Shown here: positions 1 to 6,432 of the stretch, one piece after another | How the letters are laid out: each line of letters starts with the position of its first letter | Position numbering within the stretch: position 1 is the first letter of the stretch | Assembly: GCA_009778055.1 (NCBI GenBank) | Contig: WRKN01000001.1 | Coordinates: 1-38,572, forward strand | Direction of reading: 5' to 3' | Source: Synergistaceae bacterium | Lineage (GTDB): Bacteria; Synergistota; Synergistia; Synergistales; Aminobacteriaceae | DNA length: 38,572 nt | Made by a program: the position numbers and the translations under genes | Notes under the pieces: model-generated | Database searches by the model: none | Seen by the model: only the letters and a program-made list of their open reading frames with translations | What the model was told of the DNA's origin: nothing

Positions 1-30
1 TGCGTAATCAATCCCCGTGGGGCTATCTGC

Positions 31-3000
31 TCAACGCTTTTTCTGAAAAGCCTTATTAGCTTTATCGCGCCAATAAGCGGCCTTAACAAGGTCTTGATCC
101 ACTCCATCGCCGGTTTCGTACATAACGCTAACATTGTATTGCGCCTCGGCATTTCCCGCCTCGGCGGCCTTAAGGTACCAGGAAAAAGCCTTAGCGTGGT
201 CTTGTTCTACTCCTTCGCCTTTATCGTACATAGAACCGAGGCTGTTTTGTGCCTTGGAATGTCCTGCTTCGGCAGCCTTGCGATACCAGTAAAAAGCCTG
301 AGCGTAGTTATGTTCCACTCCTTCGCCGTCGTACATAGCGCCAAGATTGTATTGCGCCTCGGCGTCCTTCCTAATATCCCGCGGAGGGAAAGTCTTTTTC
401 TCTCGGTTGTTATCGTCCCAATACGGGAAGTCGTAGAATCTCGGCAGGCGGTAGTCCAAAAAACGCTCCAATTCCACGTAATTCGGATATTGGTGTTCCA
501 TCTTCCTGAATGTGGGGTCGTGCCTCCAGTAATTTCGATGAAGCAGCTCGTGGTAAATGACGTACTTGACCACCTCGCGCGGAACTTGGGAGGAATTGAG
601 CAACAGGTTGATCAGTATGTCGCTGGCAGTTTTCCCGTCCTCCAGTGCTACTTGAATATACTGCCCGTAACGGCTTTGATAAGGCCTGTCCGTCCAGCGT
701 ATGGAGCGGATACCGGGGTTGGTTCCGCCAAACTGTTCATCGATGACTTCTTGCATCAACTGTTCGACGTCGTAGGCCCCGTCGATCTCGAACGGAAGCC
801 GCGCCGTTTCCGGGAATGGAACGACAGCGCATCCCGGCCCTCGCCCATCGGGGTAATTCATGTAATGAAAAATACGTTCCCTGTACTTTGGCAAAAAACC
901 GAACAGACTTTCGATTATCGGATATTTAGCGAACAATTCATCCGGGTAAGTCATGATGTTCAAGTTTTCTTTACGTATTTTTTCCGCGACCACCTGTGGA
1001 TCGATCTCGTCCCGGTCGTTGAATTGGAACAACTCGGGCGGTTCTGTTCCCTGGCTCAGATTACTCAGAAAAACCTCCAGGTCTTTTTCGGACGGGCGCA
1101 CGCAGAATCCGCCGAAATATTTGTTCATCACCTCGTTCAAGCCGTTCGGCAAGCCGGAGGTGTTGAAATCCGCAATCAGCTCTTCGTAACCATGCACCTG
1201 ATCTTCAAACACCAACAAAACGTAGTCTTCGTCATCTTTAACCAAGTTATACCAGCCGTAGGGCATGGCAATGGAACTATTCAACTGCCCGGAGCCACTT
1301 TGAGCCTTGTCGTAAGCGGCTCGTATCACGGCCCAAGGGATGAATACAGTATCTCCCGCCACTCCTGCAACGCCCGGCAGCGGTTCCGGTTCGGCCTTGA
1401 CCAGCCACTCCGGGTTGAGCCAGTAGTTGTAGCGATCCCAACTGTCATGGAAGTCGACGATGGTCGCGGTCTCCGTTCCTCCGACGTTGCTGCCGCGCAT
1501 TGCTCGCCCGATCATCTGCATCAGCAGTACGTCGCTGCCCGTCGGGCGAGTGAGCATCACGGTCTGAATACCTGGAACGTCGCTGCCTTCCGTCATTATG
1601 TTGATATTGACCAGGACGTCCAGTTTATCGTTCCTGAATTGTTCGATGATCTTATTATTCTCCATTGGGTTTCCGCTGTAAACGCAGCCGCTCTTTACGC
1701 CTTTTTTTACAAGGTCTTCGTGCAACGTTTGGGCATGTACGGTATTCAGCGCGAAAATCAGCGTCTTTTTGTACCTGTCGCGGTTCTTCATGTAATGATC
1801 GATAATCAGGTTGTTGCGCTTTTTTGAGTCCGCGATTTTTTTAGCCAGCGACTCGGGAATATTATTCAACTGAGCCATCTGCCTGGCTTCGTCTTTGGAG
1901 ATCGACGACTCGAAGTTTTCCCCCGTTTCTATCCGCTCCACTTCCGGGTCTGCCAGAAATTTTCCCGTGATCAATTTACCCATCGAAATGTCGTAAATTG
2001 GAGGCCAGCCGAAAATCTTCTGCAAGTAGGCGGTTTGTCTGTTAGGGACGCTGTCTTCTTTTTTATCGATATATCCTCTGATCGGGGTGGCCGTCAGTCC
2101 AAGAAGTTTCGCGTTTTCATTCCGATCCTGAATGAAACGGATGGTGTCGAGGTAGGTCTTCGCTATAGCATGGTGCGCCTCGTCAACGACAATAATGAGC
2201 TTCTCCCTCAGAACCGACTCCAGAAAGTCCAGCCTGTTATAGACGGACTGAACGGACAGGAAAATCGCGTCATCGTCGCGCTCCACGCTTTTGATGCCCT
2301 CGTGTTCGCCGGATACGCATATCAATTGAAAACGTTCTTTTGTGGAGTTTGGGTGGAGTTTGATCAATGGGCTGTTGTCGTAAAAAGCTCCCGCGGCCTG
2401 ATTCAGCAGCATATGGCGATGGGCCAGCCACACCACCTGATAACCGATGGAGATCATGTAGCGCAGCAAAAAGTACGCGGTCGTCATGGTCTTTCCGCTG
2501 CCGGTAGGCATCACGAGCATTCCGGTTTTTTTGCCTTTTTGCAAAAACGCGTCTTGCAGATTGGCAATTGCGTCCTTTTGAAACGGAAATAGATTGAAGT
2601 CGTTCGCGCTGCTGTCGCGCAGGTTCACGACCGGAGGTCTTTGAGCGAACCGCGACGGGGCTTCTTCCCCTTCGCAGCCGACGCTCAATAGCACGGCGGC
2701 GACCTTTTTCGCCCTGTCCGCGGTCATGGGTTGCCTTTCAAAGTCATCGCGCAGAGAGGCGGCGTACATATTGATATCTATATCCTTCGGAGCGTCCATA
2801 ACCTCGCGGAGCTTATCCGGGTATTTCCCGAAAAAATACCGCCCAATTTCCTTTTGAAACCGCGTCACGAACGCCTCGTCCGGTTTTGGATAGTGCCGGT
2901 TCAATCCGGTCGCCAGAAAGGCGGGGTCGTCAGTGTCAACCGACGGCTTGCAGTCGGGCGGCGCTTTGCCGCTGTCCAGTATATCGAGAAGAAAATCCGA

Positions 3001-3045
3001 GTCAAAGTTCGCCCAGGTAAACGTAGAACCTTTCCCATTTGGCAT
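31..3045 (-). CDS. SF2 DEAH-type helicase fused to a DUF45/YgjP-like HExxH zincin motif and three C-terminal Sel1 (TPR-like) repeats, 1004 aa
   Basis: The ORF is uninterrupted. Helicase motifs are present: Walker A 'LVMPTGSGKT', motif II 'IIVVDEAHH', motif III 'LGLTATP', motif VI 'LLMQMIGRAMRG'. The zincin-like motif is 'VIYHELLHRNYWRHDPTFRKMEHQYPNY'. Three ~36-aa repeats of the type 'AEAQYNLGAMYDGEGVEHNYAQAFYWYRKAAEAGH' lie at the C-terminus and show as a ~108-nt DNA periodicity at ~100-420. An SD-like 'AAAGGGG' lies upstream of the ATG at 3045. Confidence 0.85.
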   Translation of the reverse strand: MPNGKGSTFTWANFDSDFLLDILDSGKAPPDCKPSVDTDDPAFLATGLNRHYPKPDEAFVTRFQKEIGRYFFGKYPDKLREVMDAPKDIDINMYAASLRDDFERQPMTADRAKKVAAVLLSVGCEGEEAPSRFAQRPPVVNLRDSSANDFNLFPFQKDAIANLQDAFLQKGKKTGMLVMPTGSGKTMTTAYFLLRYMISIGYQVVWLAHRHMLLNQAAGAFYDNSPLIKLHPNSTKERFQLICVSGEHEGIKSVERDDDAIFLSVQSVYNRLDFLESVLREKLIIVVDEAHHAIAKTYLDTIRFIQDRNENAKLLGLTATPIRGYIDKKEDSVPNRQTAYLQKIFGWPPIYDISMGKLITGKFLADPEVERIETGENFESSISKDEARQMAQLNNIPESLAKKIADSKKRNNLIIDHYMKNRDRYKKTLIFALNTVHAQTLHEDLVKKGVKSGCVYSGNPMENNKIIEQFRNDKLDVLVNINIMTEGSDVPGIQTVMLTRPTGSDVLLMQMIGRAMRGSNVGGTETATIVDFHDSWDRYNYWLNPEWLVKAEPEPLPGVAGVAGDTVFIPWAVIRAAYDKAQSGSGQLNSSIAMPYGWYNLVKDDEDYVLLVFEDQVHGYEELIADFNTSGLPNGLNEVMNKYFGGFCVRPSEKDLEVFLSNLSQGTEPPELFQFNDRDEIDPQVVAEKIRKENLNIMTYPDELFAKYPIIESLFGFLPKYRERIFHYMNYPDGRGPGCAVVPFPETARLPFEIDGAYDVEQLMQEVIDEQFGGTNPGIRSIRWTDRPYQSRYGQYIQVALEDGKTASDILINLLLNSSQVPREVVKYVIYHELLHRNYWRHDPTFRKMEHQYPNYVELERFLDYRLPRFYDFPYWDDNNREKKTFPPRDIRKDAEAQYNLGAMYDGEGVEHNYAQAFYWYRKAAEAGHSKAQNSLGSMYDKGEGVEQDHAKAFSWYLKAAEAGNAEAQYNVSVMYETGDGVDQDLVKAAYWRDKANKAFQKKR

Positions 3046-3080
3046 TTGGGTTTGACCCCTTTCTGTATGATAGGTAAAGT

Positions 3081-3125
3081 ATAATTTCTTTTATAAAGGG
3101 AAAAAGGGACAATTTGTACCCCAAT
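3081..3125 (+). repeat. Copy 1 of a ~45-nt imperfect direct repeat (core 22-mer AAGGGACAATTTGTACCCCAAT at 3104-3125), preceded by TATAAT at 3080-3085
   Basis: Hand alignment with 4470-4515. The core 22-mers differ at 2 positions, and an upstream 'ATAATTT' plus A/T-rich stretch is shared. It lies between the 179-aa gene stop (3147) and the helicase start (3045). Confidence 0.6.
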
Positions 3126-3146
3126 TTCGATATGACGCTCCGTCGC

Positions 3147-3686
3147 CTATGCGCGGCGGATTTTTACTGCCGTGTATTTTTCTACCTCTTCCATAAAAAC
3201 CATAATGTTATCTTTGTCCATCAGCGCGTGGATGGTGATGTAGTCGAAATCGTTAGTTTCGTTCAGCTCTCCTCCCTGAAGGCGAAACAATTTATTGGCA
3301 TCGTCCAGCGAAAGGCCGAGTCCAACCGCGAATTTAGCGAGGGCGGCACGTGTAACCCGCCGCTTCAGCCCCATATATGACCTGTAAGTGTTGTACTGTA
3401 TTTCACAGCCTTCGCCCTCCACATCTCCCCATACCGTACGCTCTATGGACTTCGCTTTTCCCGTCTCCTTCTTTTGAGATTGCAGGACGGCCTCCAGCAT
3501 CAGCCGCATGGAATGAACCAACTCGCGCTGATCTTGCTGCTTTTTATAGCCGCCGGCGACCCTGGCTATCGGTTCGATAATTCCCCTGGTTTCAAAATGC
3601 CTGTTCCTAAACTCAGTTTCATCAACCATATTGAAAGCCTCTTTCCGCTTGTGGCCGTTTAGTATAAACATTGTTTCCTTGTACAT
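3147..3686 (-). CDS. Hypothetical protein with a C-terminal XRE-like helix-turn-helix region (179 aa; start uncertain, alternative ATG at 3629 has the better SD 'GAAAGAGG')
   Basis: 'RRVTRAALAKFAVGLGLSLDDANKLFRLQGGELNETNDFDYITIHAL' resembles HTH_3-type regulators common in Clostridia-like mobile modules. It is co-oriented with the helicase gene. Confidence 0.55.
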   Translation of the reverse strand: MYKETMFILNGHKRKEAFNMVDETEFRNRHFETRGIIEPIARVAGGYKKQQDQRELVHSMRLMLEAVLQSQKKETGKAKSIERTVWGDVEGEGCEIQYNTYRSYMGLKRRVTRAALAKFAVGLGLSLDDANKLFRLQGGELNETNDFDYITIHALMDKDNIMVFMEEVEKYTAVKIRRA

Positions 3687-3738
3687 TCTACAAAATTTTT
3701 CTTACTTTTTCGCTTTCCATTCACATTACGCGGCAAAT

Positions 3739-3921
3739 TTACCGCTTATTAACACTGTGTAATCCAGTATCTTCCTTTTCACATCTCGACGCACAGTTCG
3801 CAGACTTTTTCACAGAGTTCGTGGCTTTGAGAGTATTACACGCAAATTCAAATAAAGTGCCTTGGTTTTCAGGTGACAATAAGTTAAAGGTGTCAATTAT
3901 TGCTTGTACCTTGTCACACAA
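3739..3921 (-). CDS. Small hypothetical protein (60 aa, TTG start)
   Basis: A strong SD (GGAGGGGG) lies ~7-10 nt upstream of the TTG. It carries a 'LLSPENQGTLFEFACNTL' helix resembling the C-terminal 'LTLENQESLLLVAQELL' of the adjacent XRE protein. It is first in the minus-strand gene string 3921->31. Confidence 0.4.
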   Translation of the reverse strand: MCDKVQAIIDTFNLLSPENQGTLFEFACNTLKATNSVKKSANCASRCEKEDTGLHSVNKR

Positions 3922-3945
3922 AATACTTCCCCCTCCGTTTAGGTA

Positions 3946-3971
3946 GTTTTAGATATAATTATATCTAAAAC
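3946..3971. promoter_or_regulatory. Perfect 26-bp palindrome GTTTTAGATATAA|TTATATCTAAAAC in a divergent intergenic region (candidate operator / bidirectional promoter core)
   Basis: Both 13-nt arms were checked by hand as exact reverse complements. The palindrome contains 'GATATAAT' on both strands. It lies between the divergent starts at 3921 (-) and 4075 (+). Confidence 0.6.
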
Positions 3972-4074
3972 AGTCACATCCGCAAGATTGCTACTCTACC
4001 ATTACGGCTAATCCATTGCGCCTCAATTTGAAATCGGGTATTCTTTCCTTAAAGTTGGAAGGTGATTTAACGCC

Positions 4075-4440
4075 ATGCACAATAGACTGAGGGCCGTTCG
4101 CAAGGCCCTGCGCTTAAACCAGAAGTGCTTTGCTGAACAAATAGGCTTGAGCCAAAATTCGCTGTCGACAATTGAAAAGAATCGTGCCCCAGTTACAGAA
4201 AAGAATGTAAAGCTGGTGTGCGTGACATTCAATGTCAATGAGCAATGGCTGCGCACAGGTAGCGGTGAGATGTTCTGCGCGTCACCCTACGAGAAAAAAT
4301 TACGAGACATCTGCATGAATCTGACGCTGGAAAATCAGGAATCTCTCTTGCTCGTCGCTCAGGAACTACTGAAGATTCAAAACAGAATCTTCAGCGCGCC
4401 TCATGAAAACCATATAGATGTGATCAAAGAGGACAGCTAG
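4075..4440 (+). CDS. XRE-family (Cro/cI-type) HTH transcriptional regulator, 121 aa
   Basis: 'LRAVRKALRLNQKCFAEQIGLSQNSLSTIEKNRAPVTEKNVKLVC' is a classic HTH_3 signature. An SD 'GGAAGGTGA' lies upstream of the ATG. Confidence 0.85.
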   Translation: MHNRLRAVRKALRLNQKCFAEQIGLSQNSLSTIEKNRAPVTEKNVKLVCVTFNVNEQWLRTGSGEMFCASPYEKKLRDICMNLTLENQESLLLVAQELLKIQNRIFSAPHENHIDVIKEDS

Positions 4441-4469
4441 AATTCTGTTTACTGTTTCACAGTGACATC

Positions 4470-4515
4470 ATAATTTTTTTCTTATCAAAAAATAAGGGAC
4501 AGGTTGTACCCCAAT
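4470..4515 (+). repeat. Copy 2 of the ~45-nt imperfect direct repeat (core AAGGGACAGGTTGTACCCCAAT at 4494-4515)
   Basis: Same orientation as copy 1. It lies between the XRE gene stop and the Bro-N-like fragment. Confidence 0.6.
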
Positions 4516-4619
4516 AATTGCGGCGCTATGATTTTTTCTCCGCTCAAGCGAAAGCTGATAGACTTGGTGCGATTGATATTTTTTGTGGACACTTAGCGGT
4601 TATTGGAGGCTTTAGTATT

Positions 4620-4793
4620 ATGAGTGAATATAAAAACAAAATCAAATTATTTGAAGAAAAGCAGATTCGTGCCATTTGGGATGAAGAAGCTGAAAAATAG
4701 TGGTTCTCCGTTTTGGACATCATTGGTATTTTGACCGATCAACCGGACTACATAAAAGTTAGAAATTATTGGAAATGGCTAAAAAATAAACTG
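4620..4793 (+). pseudogene. Decayed N-terminal fragment of a Bro-N/antirepressor-like gene, with an in-frame TAG at 4698-4700
   Basis: 'MSEYKNKIKLFEEKQIRAIWDEEAEK*WFSVLDIIGILTDQPDYIKVRNYWKWLKNKL' matches, from memory, the N-terminus of a widespread Bro-N-type family ('...WDEE.EKWYFSVVDVVGVLT...NYWK.LK.RL'). The TAG sits where that family has W (TGG). Similarity stops after ~57 residues, although such proteins are usually far longer. GGAGG lies at 4605-4609. Confidence 0.5.
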
Positions 4794-4838
4794 ATGTCAG
4801 GTTTTGGATATCGGATTTTTACCTGGAGGTACAGCAAG

Positions 4839-5321
4839 GTGAAGTATGTCTATTTTGCCGTAGTTTTGGCGGCCGCCTTATCCATCGACAGATTGACTAA
4901 ATTTTTAGCCCTGGCGTATCTCCCGGGAAAAGTCGATTACGCCGGCGGTTTCCATATATTTGCCGTTTACCGCAACTATGGAATGACGTTCGGTATTTTG
5001 AAAGACAATCCTCAAGCCTGTTTGATTCTGGCGTTGTTGGTGATAGGGCTTCTTGTTCTTGCCCTCGTCAGGTACAAAGAAGCGCTTTTGACTCCTGGAG
5101 TTGCTTTTTTATTGGCCGGAGCTCTGGGAAACCTCTCTGACAGGTTGATATACGGTTACGTAGTCGACTGGATTCACATAGTAGTCTACATAAATTTGGC
5201 GGATATATGGCTTTGTTTAGGCGCGCTCCACTTGTTTTACCGTATAGATTCAGTTCGTCGGAGGGGGAAGGGGGCGCAGGCGCACTTTGAACGATACCGG
5301 CATTTCACCAAGCGTAACTGA
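4839..5321 (+). CDS. lspA: Lipoprotein signal peptidase (signal peptidase II)
   Basis: Motifs 'DRLTK', 'NYGMTFG', 'GALGNLSDR', 'VVDWI' and 'INLAD' are present. The GTG at 4839 is preceded by GGAGG (4825-4829). An alternative ATG at 4794 has no SD. Confidence 0.85.
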   Translation: MKYVYFAVVLAAALSIDRLTKFLALAYLPGKVDYAGGFHIFAVYRNYGMTFGILKDNPQACLILALLVIGLLVLALVRYKEALLTPGVAFLLAGALGNLSDRLIYGYVVDWIHIVVYINLADIWLCLGALHLFYRIDSVRRRGKGAQAHFERYRHFTKRN

Positions 5322-5397
5322 TTTTAGGCTTAAATTTCGATATTGACGATATAATAAACTTACGTTTTGTCGATATGCCAACCTGGAGGCGATAGGC

Positions 5398-6432
5398 TTG
5401 AGCTTAAAAAAATACATAGTGATATTCTTTCTTGTATTCAATGCAGCGGCGTATGCCGCCGCGAACGCGAATTTTTTTGAGCTTTGCGCCGACAAAAGTC
5501 CCGCCGAGGTGGAAGAGGCCATCGCCGGGTGGGCCGACGTCAACGAAGCCGACACAAACGGCATGACTCCTTTGATGCTGGCCGTAAAATTAGACCGCCC
5601 CGAAATAGTGGAAGTCCTGATAAGGGCCTCAGCCGACCTCAACGCCCAGGACGAGGACGGGTGGACCGCGCTCATGTGGGCAACGATAAGGTCGGACATT
5701 TCCATAGCGCGGCAGCTTATAAACGCGTCGGCCGATCTGGACATCCAATCCGCCCACTATGTCACGGCGCTGTTGTCCTCGGTTATGGAGGGGAGAGAGG
5801 ACGTTGCCAAACTTCTGATTGAGTCCGGAGCCTATACCGACGCGCGCAACGAGGACGGCATTACGCCGCTGATGCTGGCCGCCAGCGGCGGGAGAATCGA
5901 CACAATAAACGCGCTCCTCGAGGCCGGAGTTTCGATAAACGCCGAAGACGGCTCCGGCTGGACCGCGCTTATGTGGGCAACTGCGCGGGGCGACGTTCAG
6001 GCTGCCGAAACCCTCATCACGGCGTCGGCCGATGTTGACGCGCCGGATCGAGCCGGGCTGACTCCCGTGATGACCGCCGCGTACACAGGACGCCTCCCCG
6101 TTTTATCCCTCCTGCTGCGTTCCGGCGCCGACGTAAACGCGACCAACGTTGATGGTATCGACGCCCTGATGCTGGCGTGTGAAAACGAGAACGTGGAAGC
6201 CATTAAAATCCTACTCGATGGAGGCGCAAACCTGCAGGCTCAGGACAGGGACGGGCTCACCCCCCTGATGGTTGCGGCGCGGAAAGGCAGCGTCCCGGTA
6301 ATAGACGCCCTGCTCGACGGCGGGGCGGACATAAACGCCACGGATTTTGACGGCTGGACGGCGCTGCGGTACGCCGCGGAATTTGAAAATGAAGACGCGG
6401 CAAACCGCTTGAGCCAGCTTGGGGCGGAATGA
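5398..6432 (+). CDS. Secreted ankyrin-repeat protein (about 9 ANK repeats, N-terminal signal peptide), TTG start
   Basis: The signal-like N-terminus is 'MSLKKYIVIFFLVFNAAAYAAANA'. Repeated 'G.TPLM.A...G..E.V..LL..GAD.NA.D..GWTALMWA' units follow. GGAGG lies 8 nt upstream of the start. The stop overlaps the msbA start (ATGA at 6429-6432). Confidence 0.85.
   Translation: MSLKKYIVIFFLVFNAAAYAAANANFFELCADKSPAEVEEAIAGWADVNEADTNGMTPLMLAVKLDRPEIVEVLIRASADLNAQDEDGWTALMWATIRSDISIARQLINASADLDIQSAHYVTALLSSVMEGREDVAKLLIESGAYTDARNEDGITPLMLAASGGRIDTINALLEAGVSINAEDGSGWTALMWATARGDVQAAETLITASADVDAPDRAGLTPVMTAAYTGRLPVLSLLLRSGADVNATNVDGIDALMLACENENVEAIKILLDGGANLQAQDRDGLTPLMVAARKGSVPVIDALLDGGADINATDFDGWTALRYAAEFENEDAANRLSQLGAE

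Noticed and set aside
100-420. There is a ~108-nt tandem DNA periodicity near the window start.
   Set aside because: It is explained by the three Sel1 repeats encoded at the C-terminus of the helicase protein, so it is not an independent non-coding repeat.
94-1827. A 577-aa ORF on the plus strand lies opposite the helicase gene.
   Set aside because: It is entirely antisense to a gene with clear helicase motifs. It has no SD, a low-complexity and repetitive composition (mirror of the Sel1 repeats) and no recognisable domain. It is a typical shadow ORF.
3114-3380. An ORF starts at the TTG inside repeat copy 1; a parallel short frame starts at the TTG in copy 2.
   Set aside because: The two translations share only 'MYPN' and then diverge. 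The first is antisense to the 179-aa gene. It is more likely a coincidence of the conserved 22-mer than a coding leader.
4518-4619. This is the upstream part of the 60-aa track ORF (MRRYDFFSAQ...).
   Set aside because: It has a TTG start without an SD and no family resemblance. The recognisable Bro-N-like sequence begins only at ATG 4620, which has its own GGAGG.
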